Shown in pieces: positions 1-11,109 of a DNA stretch of 36,565 bases. Each line of letters begins with the position of its first letter. The stretch's first letter is position 1. The notes beneath the pieces are model-generated. The model did no database searches. It was not told where the DNA came from and saw only the letters and a program-made list of their open reading frames with translations. Location of the stretch: NCBI GenBank assembly GCA_964552325.1, contig CAZKHA010000017.1, forward strand, positions 1 to 36,565, read 5' to 3'. The position numbers and the translations under genes were made by a program. The stretch is from an uncultured Bacteroidales bacterium. Its GTDB lineage: Bacteria; Bacteroidota; Bacteroidia; Bacteroidales; TTA-H9.

Positions 1-33
1 ACAATAAATACATCCGATGTTTCCATATATTAT

Positions 34-816
34 CTATTTTTTGGTACAAACTACCTGATTGTTATAGCTTAAATTAATTGTAGAATATCTTTCCCAGCCA
101 ACTTGCGAAATGGCTTTTTTATAGAACCAATACAAACGATTAAATTTATTCTCCAAATCATGGGCATCGCCCAATATAATGGTATGCTGACCTGTGTTGG
201 TGAACAATTCGTAATTGAACTTCTCTGTTACAAACAACTGACCTGCAAGTGGTTTTATATAATTCAATTGGTTAATGGTACTCGAAAGCTGATAAAGTCC
301 ATAGAGCACCGATTTGGTTTTAAGGCTGTCGGGCAATAAGTTGAGGTTTTGCCCTTGCTTGAACCGGGCATTTATACTTCCGGAAGCAACCAAAACCCTG
401 GTTGGATGCAACGGGTTGGATTGAAAAAGCGCTCCGTTTTTATCAATGTAAAACTGCTCGTTGTGCGTGTTAAAAACCCTTAGGATGGGCTCACGTTGTG
501 TGGCAGTTATCATTACCATGCCATTCATTATAACATACACTTCTGCATCAATAATATAGGGGCATTTACGTATCGCGCTTTCAATTTCGCGAGGATTAAT
601 CATATCAATCTTTTGCCCTCTTAACGGTTTTGCTTTGGTTTGCACCAGATCAAGAAGCTCATTTTGCGTAATCAACACATCACCACTGCTTCTATGAATG
701 GTTACGATAACGCCTTGGCAAACACCTTTCTGTTTTTCGATGCTTACAAAACCAAGCAAAACCCCAGTTCCGGCAATTAGTAAAACCCAAATGCTGATAA
801 TGATTATCTTTTTCAT
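34..816 (-). CDS. ftsQ: Cell division protein FtsQ/DivIB (N-terminal TM, POTRA-like region). Last gene of the dcw cluster in this window.
   Basis: 260-aa ORF with an N-terminal hydrophobic anchor (IIIISIWVLLIAGTGVLLGF). Sits immediately downstream of murC with a 4-nt overlap; the position in the dcw cluster is diagnostic. Confidence 0.8.
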   Translation of the reverse strand: MKKIIIISIWVLLIAGTGVLLGFVSIEKQKGVCQGVIVTIHRSSGDVLITQNELLDLVQTKAKPLRGQKIDMINPREIESAIRKCPYIIDAEVYVIMNGMVMITATQREPILRVFNTHNEQFYIDKNGALFQSNPLHPTRVLVASGSINARFKQGQNLNLLPDSLKTKSVLYGLYQLSSTINQLNYIKPLAGQLFVTEKFNYELFTNTGQHTIILGDAHDLENKFNRLYWFYKKAISQVGWERYSTINLSYNNQVVCTKK

Positions 817-2180
817 GCTTTCAGGTTTTTGGTAAGTTGAGCAGTTATGGGAGCCACCAAATTGTCGATATCTCCCGCACCAATAGTTAGCAGAATTCCA
901 TGCAAAAAGTGTTTGCTAAGGTCTATTGCAGCCTCTTTTGAAATGATCTCAGCAGGATTTATCATCTGGTTTGCAATTAGATGCGAGTCAACACCAGGAA
1001 TGGGGCGCTCGCGAGCGGGGTAAATATCAAGCAAATACGCTTTGTCGAGCAGGTCGAGGCTTTGCGCAAAACCACTGGCAAAATCGGACGTGCGCGAGTA
1101 AAGATGGGGTTGAAAAATGCCCGTAATTGGCAATCCGGGATACAATTGCCTAACAGAATTCACCAAGGCTTTAATCTCCTCAGGATGATGGGCATAATCG
1201 TCGATATAAACCAAGTTAGATTGTTGATACTGCACCTCGAACCGGCGTAGTATGCCCTTAAATGTGCGCAAGCCTTCCGCAATCTCACTATTGCTGCATC
1301 CTGCTAATTGAGCCATTGCAACGGCGGCAACAGAGTTTTCGATGTTCATTAGAGCTGGTACGCCTAGGCTTACATCGCTCAGGATACCCTCCGGGGTTTT
1401 AATGCTGTACGTATTTCCTCCCAATGACAATTTGATATCAAATGCGTAATAATCAGCCTCATTTACAATATCATAAGTTAAAATTGTTTTGCCGGGCAAA
1501 TCACCAATCAAGGTTTCAAGCCCTTTCTTCACCACAATACTGCCACCAGGCTTCACTTGGTGTGCAAACTGGATAAATGCTTTCAGCATTTCGGCGTAAT
1601 TCCCATAAATATCAAGATGGTCAGCATCAATAGCTGTTATTACCGCATGTGTTGGAAATAAATGATGAAAAGACCGATCATACTCATCGGCTTCGGTTAC
1701 AATCCATTCGCTATTTGGATTGATGATAAGGTTGGTGGAGTAGTTTTTGGATATCCCTCCCAAAAAGGCATTACAGCCCACTGATGATTGATTAAGAATA
1801 TGAGCAATAAGCGTGGAAGTTGTAGTCTTACCATGCGTGCCTGCCACCGCAATGGTTTTGTGATGCTTGGTAAGCATGCCCAAAACTTCCGAACGCTTTA
1901 ACATTGGTATGCCAGTACTTTGTAAATAGATGCGCTCAGCATTATCCTTCGGAATAGCAGGTGTAATTATCACTAGGTCAACTTTTGCTGGAATCAGCTC
2001 AATGTTTTCGTCATAATGAATGGCTATGCCTTCTTCCTCCAGATTTTGGGTCACATTGCTGCTGTACCTGTCGTAACCACTCACAAACGCACCTTGTGAA
2101 TGAAAATACCTAGCCAACGCGCTCATCCCTATGCCGCCAATTCCAAGTAGATATACTGATTTTAACGTGCTTATATCCAT
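813..2180 (-). CDS. murC: UDP-N-acetylmuramate--L-alanine ligase
   Basis: 455 aa with the N-terminal GIGGIGMSALA Rossmann-like motif and the Mur ligase GTHGKTTT P-loop. Lies between murG and ftsQ. Confidence 0.92.
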   Translation of the reverse strand: MDISTLKSVYLLGIGGIGMSALARYFHSQGAFVSGYDRYSSNVTQNLEEEGIAIHYDENIELIPAKVDLVIITPAIPKDNAERIYLQSTGIPMLKRSEVLGMLTKHHKTIAVAGTHGKTTTSTLIAHILNQSSVGCNAFLGGISKNYSTNLIINPNSEWIVTEADEYDRSFHHLFPTHAVITAIDADHLDIYGNYAEMLKAFIQFAHQVKPGGSIVVKKGLETLIGDLPGKTILTYDIVNEADYYAFDIKLSLGGNTYSIKTPEGILSDVSLGVPALMNIENSVAAVAMAQLAGCSNSEIAEGLRTFKGILRRFEVQYQQSNLVYIDDYAHHPEEIKALVNSVRQLYPGLPITGIFQPHLYSRTSDFASGFAQSLDLLDKAYLLDIYPARERPIPGVDSHLIANQMINPAEIISKEAAIDLSKHFLHGILLTIGAGDIDNLVAPITAQLTKNLKA

Positions 2181-2181
2181 G

Positions 2182-3285
2182 CTAGTTCAGTTTTTTGGTT
2201 CCAAGTTTTAGTATTTCAGAAGCGATTTGTTTATCGGCATCTGTAATAGCCAATTTTTTGATATTGGCTGAAAGAATGCTCTGCAAGCCCTTATCGTTTA
2301 GTAAATTGAGAATTGAATCCCCAAGTGTTTTCCGCACTTCAGCATCTTTAATAAGTAGGGCTGCCTGCTGATTAGCTAGTTGGAGCGCATTATGGGTTTG
2401 ATGGTCTTCGGACGCTGCCGGATAGGGAACCAGGATGCAAGGCTTACCAATAACGCATAACTCGCTAATAGCCATGGCACCAGCACGCGATACGATTATA
2501 TCGGCTGCCGAATAGGCCAAGTCCATACGCTGAATAAACTCCGTGTTTTTTACATGGTTAGCCCCATTTTTCAATACAGCAGCTGCTGCCCTGGTTTTAA
2601 ATAGGGAACCGGTTTGCCAGATAATCTGAATGTTTTGTGCGGTAAGCAGCGGCAATGCTAGTTCGATGGCTTCATTAATTGACCACGCGCCCTGGCTTCC
2701 TCCAATAACCACTAGAGTTGTTTTGCCTGGTTCGAGACCAAAGAATTTGAGGGCTTCCTCTTTTTTGCCCTCAATGTTGACTGTATCGCGGCGGATAGGA
2801 TTCCCGGTAAGCATGATTTTTTGGGCAGGAAAAAATCGCTCCATGCCTTTATAGGCCGTAAAAACCCTTGACACTTTCTTGGCAAGCAGCTTATTGGTAA
2901 TTCCTGGGAAGGAGTTTTGTTCTTGTATGGCTGTGGGTATCCCTTTGGCCGTTGCAGCTTTAAGGGTTGGCCCTGAGGCATATCCGCCAACTCCAATTAC
3001 TACATCAGGTTTAAACTCCGAGATAATGTTCCGGGCTTGCATCATACTAACCAAAAGCTTTATTGGGAAGAGGAGGTTTTTAAAAGTGAGCTTCCGTTGC
3101 AGTCCACTAATCCATAAACCCTTAATAGCATATCCGGCTTCAGGTACACGGCGCATTTCCATACGTCCTTTGGCCCCAACAAACAATAGTACTGCATCAG
3201 GCTTGCAAGCTTTTATGGCATTGGCTATTGCAATTGCCGGGAAAACATGACCACCCGTTCCTCCTCCGCTAATGATTACCCTCAT
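2182..3285 (-). CDS. murG: Undecaprenyldiphospho-muramoylpentapeptide beta-N-acetylglucosaminyltransferase
   Basis: 367 aa starting MRVIISGGGTGGHVFPAIAIA (GT28 N-terminal G-loop). Overlaps ftsW by 4 nt. Confidence 0.92.
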   Translation of the reverse strand: MRVIISGGGTGGHVFPAIAIANAIKACKPDAVLLFVGAKGRMEMRRVPEAGYAIKGLWISGLQRKLTFKNLLFPIKLLVSMMQARNIISEFKPDVVIGVGGYASGPTLKAATAKGIPTAIQEQNSFPGITNKLLAKKVSRVFTAYKGMERFFPAQKIMLTGNPIRRDTVNIEGKKEEALKFFGLEPGKTTLVVIGGSQGAWSINEAIELALPLLTAQNIQIIWQTGSLFKTRAAAAVLKNGANHVKNTEFIQRMDLAYSAADIIVSRAGAMAISELCVIGKPCILVPYPAASEDHQTHNALQLANQQAALLIKDAEVRKTLGDSILNLLNDKGLQSILSANIKKLAITDADKQIASEILKLGTKKLN

Positions 3286-4493
3286 GCTAAAGCCCCTTCT
3301 GTTTCAATGGGTTGAACAATATGTGTTGCGGTTTCTTCAACTGTTTTCACTTCCTCGTTCCCCCGTGCTATGCTTTGCAATATTCCCAATGAGATGCAAA
3401 CAAAAATTATGGAAGTGCCACCATAACTAATCATGGGTAAGGTTTGGCCTGTTACAGGCCCTATGCCTGAGGCCACCAACATATTGACCATTGCTTGAGA
3501 TAAAATACTGAATGTAATGCCGATGGCCATGATGGCGCCAAAACTGGTATCGGCCTTTATTGCAATACGCAATCCCCTAAAAAGAAGTATTACATAAAGC
3601 ATAACTATTGGAAATGCTCCAAAAATAAATCCGTATTCTTCGATGATAATGGCGAAAATAAAATCAGAAAAGGCACTGGGAAGGAAATTTCGCTGGACGC
3701 TTTTCCCGGGCATTTTCCCGGCCCATCCGCCGGTTGCAATGGCTGTTTTGGCTTGTTCGGCTTGCATATGCCCATCCGAAACAACCTTAGCTTGGGTAGA
3801 GGCATCGTCAGTCCAATTGGTGATGCGGTTAGCCCAGGTTTCGGCCCTTGGAAAGGTTTTAGGGAAGCTGGCCCCAACAATTACAACGAGCACAAAAAGC
3901 AGCAAACCTGCAGCAACCGTAGATGCCAGGAACTTAAATTCAACCTGTCCGACATACATCATAACCATACTCACAACAAAAATCATGAAGGCGGTTGAAA
4001 AGTTTGAACGTAAAATAAGGCCACAAACCACTATTACAGGTATTAGCAAGGGAAGGAAGCCTCTTTTGAAGTCGTTACGTAAGCTTATTTTTTTCGAAAT
4101 CATGTATGCTAAAAATATGATTAGCATTACTTTCGCAAGATCGGAGGGCTGGAAGGTAAGATTAATAAAAGGTATAATGATCCAACGGCGAGCATCGCCC
4201 GATTCATGTCCTCCTATCAGGGTATAGAGCAAAAGCGGCACAGCTAAAGCCAAACCGAAAAAGGAAATTTTGGCATAAGCCCTATAAGGAATCCGATGGG
4301 CTACCCACATTGCAAAAAAGCCACCTAAAAGGATTACGAATTGTTTTATCATGTATCCTTCGGCCATGCCACTATTGTTACTCAACGCCATTCTGCCCGA
4401 GGCGCTATATACGCCCATAACAGAATAAGCTGAAAGAGCCATCACCAACAGCCAAATGGTTTTATCGCCTTTAAAAAATTGTAAGATTTTCAC
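3282..4493 (-). CDS. ftsW: Peptidoglycan glycosyltransferase FtsW (SEDS family, FtsW/RodA/SpoVE)
   Basis: 403-aa polytopic membrane protein. Sits between murD and murG, the canonical ftsW position. Confidence 0.85.
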   Translation of the reverse strand: MKILQFFKGDKTIWLLVMALSAYSVMGVYSASGRMALSNNSGMAEGYMIKQFVILLGGFFAMWVAHRIPYRAYAKISFFGLALAVPLLLYTLIGGHESGDARRWIIIPFINLTFQPSDLAKVMLIIFLAYMISKKISLRNDFKRGFLPLLIPVIVVCGLILRSNFSTAFMIFVVSMVMMYVGQVEFKFLASTVAAGLLLFVLVVIVGASFPKTFPRAETWANRITNWTDDASTQAKVVSDGHMQAEQAKTAIATGGWAGKMPGKSVQRNFLPSAFSDFIFAIIIEEYGFIFGAFPIVMLYVILLFRGLRIAIKADTSFGAIMAIGITFSILSQAMVNMLVASGIGPVTGQTLPMISYGGTSIIFVCISLGILQSIARGNEEVKTVEETATHIVQPIETEGALA

Positions 4494-4495
4494 GG

Positions 4496-5839
4496 TTACA
4501 AACGTTTAACGGCTTTTTTAAACAGCAATCCACGTTCTTCAAAGTTTGTAAACAGGTCGAAACTGGCGCAAGTTGGCGACAAAAGCACAACATCCCCTTT
4601 TTGACCACTTTGGTAGGCAACCCGCACGGCGTCTTCCATCGATTGGGTTTCGTAAATTGATTCGACCAAATCAGCAAATGATGCGCGAAGCCGGCTGTTA
4701 TCAACACCTAAACAGATAAGCAACTTTACTTTTTGTTTTACTAGCGGTCGCAGTGTTTCGTAGTCATTCCCCTTGTCCTTGCCACCAGCTATCAAGATAA
4801 CAGGCCTGTTGATGCTTTCAAGCGCATACCAAGTTGAATTTACATTGGTAGCTTTTGAGTCGTTAATAAATTCAATACCATGAACATTAGCCACAAACTC
4901 AAGGCGATGCTCGGCATTTTGAAAGTCGGCTAAACCTTCTTTAATTTTCGCCTTCCGCACTTCGCAGCCTCGCGCCCCAATGGCAGCAGCCATTGAATTA
5001 TGGATATTGTGGCGTCCTTGCAGTGCCAACTCTTCTATTTGCATGCTCATGGTATCTTGGTTTATTGTTATGTTAATCGATTGGTTTTCAATCCAGGCTC
5101 CGTCTTGTGTTGACAGAGGTTTTTGGTCGAAGGGGATGCATTTTGCCGCAAACACCCTTTTGTTTATCTCTTTTTGAATTACGGGATCGTTAGCCCAGTA
5201 AATAAAGTAATCTTCGGAGCCCTGGTTTTGGGTTATCCGCATTTTTGAGTCAATATATTTTTGAAAATCATGGTCGTACCTATCCATGTGGTCGGGTGTA
5301 ATGTTGGTAAGTATGGCCATATGAGCCCGGGTTTTATACATACCATCTAATTGAAAACTGCTGATTTCTAATACCCAAAAAGCATGATCCTGTTCGCAAA
5401 GCTGTAATGCAAAGCTTTTGCCCACATTGCCACCAAGTCCAACATCAAAGCCATCCTTTTTTAGCAGGTGATAAGTCAATAGAGTTGTGGTGGTTTTACC
5501 ATTGCTACCACTTATTAAAATAAGCTTGCCGGTGGTGTAACGTGCTGCAAATTCTATTTCCGATATAACCGGAATGCCTATGTTTAAGGCAGCTTGTACC
5601 AAAGGGGCACTATCTGGAATGCCTGGGCTTTTAATAATTTCGGCAGCTGTTAACACTATTTCTTCATTATGACCACCTTCCTCAAACATAATGGCATGTT
5701 GAATTAGGATGTCTTTGTAAACCTGCTTAATGCTCGCGGCATCCGACAGGAAAACGGCAAACCCTTTGCGCTGCGCCAAGAGCGCTGCACCGGTTCCGCT
5801 TTCGCCACCACCCAGAACAACTATCAGGTTTTTGTTCAT
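4496..5839 (-). CDS. murD: UDP-N-acetylmuramoylalanine--D-glutamate ligase
   Basis: 447 aa with N-terminal VVLGGGESGTGAA and the Mur ligase GSNGKTTTT P-loop. Confidence 0.92.
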   Translation of the reverse strand: MNKNLIVVLGGGESGTGAALLAQRKGFAVFLSDAASIKQVYKDILIQHAIMFEEGGHNEEIVLTAAEIIKSPGIPDSAPLVQAALNIGIPVISEIEFAARYTTGKLILISGSNGKTTTTLLTYHLLKKDGFDVGLGGNVGKSFALQLCEQDHAFWVLEISSFQLDGMYKTRAHMAILTNITPDHMDRYDHDFQKYIDSKMRITQNQGSEDYFIYWANDPVIQKEINKRVFAAKCIPFDQKPLSTQDGAWIENQSINITINQDTMSMQIEELALQGRHNIHNSMAAAIGARGCEVRKAKIKEGLADFQNAEHRLEFVANVHGIEFINDSKATNVNSTWYALESINRPVILIAGGKDKGNDYETLRPLVKQKVKLLICLGVDNSRLRASFADLVESIYETQSMEDAVRVAYQSGQKGDVVLLSPTCASFDLFTNFEERGLLFKKAVKRL

Positions 5840-5841
5840 GC

Positions 5842-7095
5842 TTAGCGAAGTTTAAGGGTTACGATGGTTATAACTGACAACATAATGCTTACAATTATAA
5901 AGCGTTGAACTATCTTGCTCTCGTGGTAACCAAGCTTCTGAAAATGGTGATGCAAAGGAGACATTTTGAAAATCCTTCTTCCTTCGCCATATTTTTTGCG
6001 TGTGTACTTAAAGTAGCTCACCTGCAATACAACTGACAGATTTTCAGCAATGAAGATAGCACAAAGGATTGGAATCAACAATTCTTTGCGGATTATGATA
6101 GCCACTACGGCTATAATGCCGCCCAACGCCAAGCTACCTGTATCGCCCATAAAAACCTGTGCAGGATAAGTGTTGTACCACAGAAAGCCTATGGCAGCAC
6201 CCACCAATGCGCTGATGAAAATGGTCAATTCGCCGGTGTTGGGTATATACATAATGTTGAGATAATCTGCGAATATTATATTGCCTGACACCCAAGCCAA
6301 AATGCCCAGTGTAGCTGCCGCCACCGCTGTTGTTCCGGTGGCCAATCCATCAATGCCATCCGTTAGGTTAACACCATTCGAAATAGCGGTAACTATAAAT
6401 ATCACCACCGGAATAAAGATTAGCCAAGCATATTTGGATGCGTTTTTCCCGGCCCATGATAACAAAACGGCATAATCAAATTCATTGTTCTTAAAAAACG
6501 GAATGGTGGTTTTGGTGCTTTTTACTGATTCGTTTGTAAATTTCTCCTTAGCATGTTCGTACACATTAGCTTTCAACACATTGTTGCGTTGCATATACGA
6601 GTGAATGGTGGCCTTTTCCTTAATAACTACTTCTGGGCTAAAGTACAGCACACTGCCAACAATAAGCCCTAGGCTGATTTGCCCTACCAGCTTCGTGCGT
6701 CCACGTAGGCCTTCCTTGTTCTTTTTAAACACTTTTATATAATCATCAAGGAATCCGATAAATCCCAACCACACAGTAGTAAAGATCATGATAAGGATAT
6801 AGATATTATCGAGTTTTGCAAAAAGAATAGTTGGGATAAGTATGCCTGCTAAAATGATGAGTCCGCCCATAGTTGGTGTGCCTTTCTTTTCGAGTTGTCC
6901 CTCTAATCCAAGATCGCGTATGCTTTCACCTATTTGTTTTTTCTTGAGGTACATTATCAGGTTTTTGCCAAAAACAAGCGTAATTGTAAGCGAGGTGATA
7001 ACAGCCGCTGCAGCCCTAAATGACAAGTACTGGAATAAACCAGCTCCTGGCAAGTCAATCAATTGGTCGAGATAGGTGAATAAATAGTACAGCAT
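5842..7095 (-). CDS. mraY: Phospho-N-acetylmuramoyl-pentapeptide transferase
   Basis: 417-aa polytopic membrane protein with MraY/WecA-family hallmarks (DDxxK region, multiple TM helices). Lies between murE and murD. Confidence 0.9.
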   Translation of the reverse strand: MLYYLFTYLDQLIDLPGAGLFQYLSFRAAAAVITSLTITLVFGKNLIMYLKKKQIGESIRDLGLEGQLEKKGTPTMGGLIILAGILIPTILFAKLDNIYILIMIFTTVWLGFIGFLDDYIKVFKKNKEGLRGRTKLVGQISLGLIVGSVLYFSPEVVIKEKATIHSYMQRNNVLKANVYEHAKEKFTNESVKSTKTTIPFFKNNEFDYAVLLSWAGKNASKYAWLIFIPVVIFIVTAISNGVNLTDGIDGLATGTTAVAAATLGILAWVSGNIIFADYLNIMYIPNTGELTIFISALVGAAIGFLWYNTYPAQVFMGDTGSLALGGIIAVVAIIIRKELLIPILCAIFIAENLSVVLQVSYFKYTRKKYGEGRRIFKMSPLHHHFQKLGYHESKIVQRFIIVSIMLSVITIVTLKLR

Positions 7096-7099
7096 CGTT

Positions 7100-8563
7100 T
7101 TATTCTTTAATATTTAACGCATCTATAAGTTGCTCTTTATCATCAAAATGATACCGAACCCCATTAATTTCTTGGTATTTTTCATGACCTTTGCCGGCCA
7201 CCAACACCACATCGCCCGCTTGTGCTAGTTTGCAAGCAGTGCGTATAGCTTCCCTTCGGTTCAGGATTGTTAGCACCTTGGGCCTGTTGGCGGGATTAAC
7301 ACCTGCCTCCATTTCGGCGAGTATCGCTTCAGGGTCCTCAGTCCTTGGATTATCGGATGTAAGGATGAGCAATTGGCTTTTGGAGCTCGCAATGGCTGCC
7401 ATCACGGGTCTTTTGGTCCGGTCGCGGTCGCCGCCTGCACCCAGCACTGTTATTAGCTTGCAACTCCCATCACGCAAGGCGTTTATAGTATCAATAACAT
7501 TTTCAACGGCATCGGGTGTATGCGCGTAGTCAATCACTGCAATCACACCTTCACCGCTTCGCACATACTCAAAACGGCCATCTACAGCAGTAAGGTTGCT
7601 TAATGCTAAAAGCACCTGTTCGCTGTCTTGCCCTAAGAGCATCGCAGTTCCATAAATGGCTGTAAGGTTGTAAGCATTAAAATTGCCCACAAGCCGAAAC
7701 CATGTTTCCACACCATTTATCCTGAGCAACAAGCCGTCAAAATGATTTTCAATAACTTGGCAATGGAAATCGGCCAATATCGTTAGCGCGTAAGTCTTTT
7801 TACTAGCCCTGGTATTTTGGAGCATGACCATACCATTCCTATCATCCGAATTGGTAAGCGCAAAAGCGGTGGCCGGAAGCTGGTCGAAAAAACCTTTTTT
7901 TGCGTACACATAATTTATAAAGCTTCCATGAAAATCTAAATGGTCGTGTGTGAGGTTTGTAAAGATCCCGCCTTTGAATTCAAGTCCTTTTATGCGGTTT
8001 TGAGCAACGGCATGCGAGCTTACCTCCATAAATACGTACTCGCAACCAGCTTCCACCATCTGCTTTAGTAGCAAGTTTAATTGCAGCGCATCGGGCGTGG
8101 TATGGGTTGCTGACAGCTCTTGGTCATTAATCTTATTAACCACCGTTGAAAGCAAACCTACTTTATAACCCAGAACCCGAAAAAGTTTGTGTAAGAGCGT
8201 AGCAATGGTTGTTTTTCCATTTGTTCCAGTAACACCTACCAAATGAATGCTTTGCGAAGGATAATCGTAAAATGCCGAAGCTACCATCCCAAGAGCCGCG
8301 CTACTGTCTTCAACCTGTATAAATGTACAATCAGCGGGCTGGTTTTCTGGCAACATTTCGCAAATAATGGCTCTGCAGCCTTTTTCAATAACCTGGCTTA
8401 TATACTGGTGACCATCAGTTTGCGTGCCTTTTACAGCAAAAAACAGGGTTTCAGCATCAACTTTTCTCGAGTCAAACGCTAACTTCCCAATCAATAGTTG
8501 GCCATCTCCTATTAAAGCTTTAACAGACAGCTCTTTGGTGATATTTGCAAGTACTTTGGGCAT
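7100..8563 (-). CDS. murE: UDP-N-acetylmuramoyl-L-alanyl-D-glutamate--2,6-diaminopimelate ligase
   Basis: 487 aa with the [11 protein letters not shown]-loop and Mur ligase middle and C-terminal domains. Directly upstream of mraY; no murF in between. Confidence 0.9.
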   Translation of the reverse strand: MPKVLANITKELSVKALIGDGQLLIGKLAFDSRKVDAETLFFAVKGTQTDGHQYISQVIEKGCRAIICEMLPENQPADCTFIQVEDSSAALGMVASAFYDYPSQSIHLVGVTGTNGKTTIATLLHKLFRVLGYKVGLLSTVVNKINDQELSATHTTPDALQLNLLLKQMVEAGCEYVFMEVSSHAVAQNRIKGLEFKGGIFTNLTHDHLDFHGSFINYVYAKKGFFDQLPATAFALTNSDDRNGMVMLQNTRASKKTYALTILADFHCQVIENHFDGLLLRINGVETWFRLVGNFNAYNLTAIYGTAMLLGQDSEQVLLALSNLTAVDGRFEYVRSGEGVIAVIDYAHTPDAVENVIDTINALRDGSCKLITVLGAGGDRDRTKRPVMAAIASSKSQLLILTSDNPRTEDPEAILAEMEAGVNPANRPKVLTILNRREAIRTACKLAQAGDVVLVAGKGHEKYQEINGVRYHFDDKEQLIDALNIKE

Positions 8564-8564
8564 C

Positions 8565-10694
8565 TTAAGCGTTGGTAAGGGTTAGGGTAATCTGGTTTCC
8601 TTTTTGTGCCTTGCTTCCTGCGGGCAGCGATTGCGATGACACCCTGCCTTTGCCAACAAGCTTTACTTTTAGGCCATATAACTCGAGGATATAAACGGCA
8701 TCACGAGGTGTCATCCCGATAACATCAGGTAGCGATTCTTTGCCCAATTTTTTTGGACATAGCACCAAGTGGCCTTTTTCTTGTTTACAAGCCGTCCATT
8801 CAGTGGCTATACCCGATAGCACCATGGGCACTCCAAATATGCTTGTAACCTGAACCAGGTCAACCGAGTTGCCGGCTGTGATGGGGGGTAAAAATTTTGC
8901 ACCTGTATCTGGAATGGGCAAGGCACGAGCGTACAGGCTCGAAGTGTCGTTAACCGTAACATTGGTGGCAAAAACGCGATCGGCTATCTCCCTAAACACG
9001 GGTGCAGCAACAGCACCACCATAAATTTTCCCTTGCGATGGATTGTTAACTACCACAATACAAGAATATTTAGGGTTATCAGCCGGAAAATAGCCTACAA
9101 ATGAAGCATTGTAAATTTTATCCTTGTAGGAACCGTTTTTGGCTATCAAAGCAGTTCCAGTTTTACCAGCCACTTTGTAAGGAGTTTCTTTAAAAGGTTC
9201 TTTTGCAGTTCCTTCGGTTACTATGCTTTCAAGCACTGTTTTAGCCTTAGCAATGGTGCCGGGCGAACAAATGGCCTTGTTGATAACCGTTGGCGAAAAT
9301 GTTTTCAGGGTTGTGTTTTTATCCTTAATGGCTTTAACAAACATGGGCTTTACCATTGTCCCGTTGTTGGCTACTGCATTATATAATGTTAGGGTTTGTA
9401 AAGGCGTAACTTTTAGTTCATAGCCAATCGACATCCAAGGCAACGATGTTTTCCACCAACTGCGGTGCTTGGTATCCTTGATAAAGGGCGGGTTTTCGCC
9501 AGCCATTTCAACACCAAGCGCTTGGTTGAGGCTCATAGCATAAAGCCTATCGATGAACTTTTGAGGGTTTTTGCCAAATACACGGTTGGCAAACAAGGAT
9601 GTGCCAACATTTGACGATTGTTCTAAGGTTTGCTTAAGGGTTATATGACTGATGGGCAAGGTGTGCGAGTCTTTCATGGTGCGGTTGGCAAAAACCACGC
9701 TGCCACTGTATTTAACCATATCGTTAAGGTCAACGCTGCCTTCTTCGAGTATGGCCAATAACGAAGCCAGCTTAAAGGTAGAGCCAGGCTCAATGCTTTC
9801 GGCTATGCTATAGTTGTATATCTCATCATATTGTCCGGCTTTGTTTTTGCGCAGGTTTGCTATGGCACGGATTTCGCCTGTGGCCACCTCCATCAATATG
9901 GCGCAACCTTGATATGCACCTTGCTCCTGCAAATGGTGCATCAGGGCGGTTTCGGCAACATCTTGCAGGTTCTTGTCAATAGTGGTTACAATGTCATGTC
10001 CATTTCGTGGCTCTTGGCGTTTGTCATTCATAATAGGTATCCATTCGCCTCCTGTTATCCGTTGCATCAAAACAGTATCAGAGGCTCCCTTTAGCTCATC
10101 ATTAAAGGCACCTTCTAGCCCTACATATAGTTTCTTCTCCTCGTTTTCATAACCGATGGTACGGCGGGCAAGCATGCCATAGGGCATTACCCTAAGATAA
10201 TGCTGCTCGGTAAGCAATCCGCCCTTAAATCGACCTAACTTGAGTATTGGCAGCTTCTTAACTTGCTTCAACTCCGCAAATGTAGCACCCTTATGAAGCA
10301 GTATGCCATGTTTATTATTCTTCCGGCCTTCTACCAAAAGCCTTTTATATTCCTTCTTGCTTTTCAAACCAAATATCTTCACAAGGCCAAGGGCAATCGA
10401 GTCTACTTTTTGGTTAAACAACTTATCGGATATGTTGGGGCATGCCACATCCATGCGGATATCAAAAATTGGCACCGATGTAGCCAATACATTGCCATTA
10501 ACATCAAAAATATTGCCCCTTACAGCGGTAACAGCTATAGTATCGATGTTTTTTTCATCTGACAATGCCCTGTATTCATCACCCTTAACGTTTTGAATAT
10601 AAATAACCTGGCCCAAGATCATGAAAGCTGCAATTAGCAGAATTGCATATATGAAACCCAGCTTCCCTACAATTTCATTCTTCTGATTTGCCAT
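8565..10694 (-). CDS. ftsI: Penicillin-binding protein 3 / peptidoglycan D,D-transpeptidase FtsI with a C-terminal PASTA domain
   Basis: 709 aa with N-terminal TM, PBP dimerisation and transpeptidase domains (STFK-like SxxK, SxN and KTG motifs present). The C-terminal ~70 aa is PASTA-like (PRDAVYILELYGLKVKLVGKG). Confidence 0.88.
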   Translation of the reverse strand: MANQKNEIVGKLGFIYAILLIAAFMILGQVIYIQNVKGDEYRALSDEKNIDTIAVTAVRGNIFDVNGNVLATSVPIFDIRMDVACPNISDKLFNQKVDSIALGLVKIFGLKSKKEYKRLLVEGRKNNKHGILLHKGATFAELKQVKKLPILKLGRFKGGLLTEQHYLRVMPYGMLARRTIGYENEEKKLYVGLEGAFNDELKGASDTVLMQRITGGEWIPIMNDKRQEPRNGHDIVTTIDKNLQDVAETALMHHLQEQGAYQGCAILMEVATGEIRAIANLRKNKAGQYDEIYNYSIAESIEPGSTFKLASLLAILEEGSVDLNDMVKYSGSVVFANRTMKDSHTLPISHITLKQTLEQSSNVGTSLFANRVFGKNPQKFIDRLYAMSLNQALGVEMAGENPPFIKDTKHRSWWKTSLPWMSIGYELKVTPLQTLTLYNAVANNGTMVKPMFVKAIKDKNTTLKTFSPTVINKAICSPGTIAKAKTVLESIVTEGTAKEPFKETPYKVAGKTGTALIAKNGSYKDKIYNASFVGYFPADNPKYSCIVVVNNPSQGKIYGGAVAAPVFREIADRVFATNVTVNDTSSLYARALPIPDTGAKFLPPITAGNSVDLVQVTSIFGVPMVLSGIATEWTACKQEKGHLVLCPKKLGKESLPDVIGMTPRDAVYILELYGLKVKLVGKGRVSSQSLPAGSKAQKGNQITLTLTNA

Positions 10695-11109
10695 GTTTTG
10701 AGGTTTTAAGGGTTTCTTGAGCTTTCATTTCTTTTGCTGACACCGTTATCTTTACCGGAGGTTCAACCGACTCGTTAATGCCCAAGGGTTTCAGCCGTTT
10801 AATTAACCTCGATTGCTTACTGCTGTCCAAAAAATCAGCCCTGGAATTTACGCGCTCATAATCAAGCTCTTTGATGCTACGTTTCAGTTTGTTGGTTTGC
10901 CTTAACACACGTACTGCATAATATGTGTTGCCAATATATAGCAGGCTCATAAATGTTCCAATAATTACCAAAGGGTACCATTTGGCAAATAGTTGAGTAA
11001 AAAGCTCGCCGTTTAAGACCTTACTGGCCAGCCCACCTCTTTTTTTGGGGCTTTTAAGGTTTTTGCCAGATATAGGCGATTGATTGTTGGTTGTTCCTGT
11101 CGTGCTCAT
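10675..11109 (-). CDS. ftsL: FtsL-like cell division protein (small bitopic membrane protein)
   Basis: 144 aa with a basic N-terminal region, a single TM (YPLVIIGTFMSLLYIGNTYYAV) and a short coiled-coil. Lies between rsmH and ftsI, overlapping ftsI by 20 nt and rsmH by 4 nt. Confidence 0.7.
   Translation of the reverse strand: MSTTGTTNNQSPISGKNLKSPKKRGGLASKVLNGELFTQLFAKWYPLVIIGTFMSLLYIGNTYYAVRVLRQTNKLKRSIKELDYERVNSRADFLDSSKQSRLIKRLKPLGINESVEPPVKITVSAKEMKAQETLKTSKHGKSEE

Noticed and set aside
2630-4227. Several antisense ORFs of 74-194 aa inside murG and ftsW (for example 2879-3250 + and 3643-4227 +)
   Set aside because: They are fully embedded opposite well-supported conserved genes, have low-complexity Pro/Ser/Arg-rich translations, and arise as GC-skew artefacts of the coding strand.
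7191-7529. 112-aa plus-strand ORF inside murE, plus similar ORFs inside ftsI (9223-9423, 9831-10094 and 10263-10596)
   Set aside because: Antisense to conserved Mur ligase and PBP coding sequence, with no independent signals.
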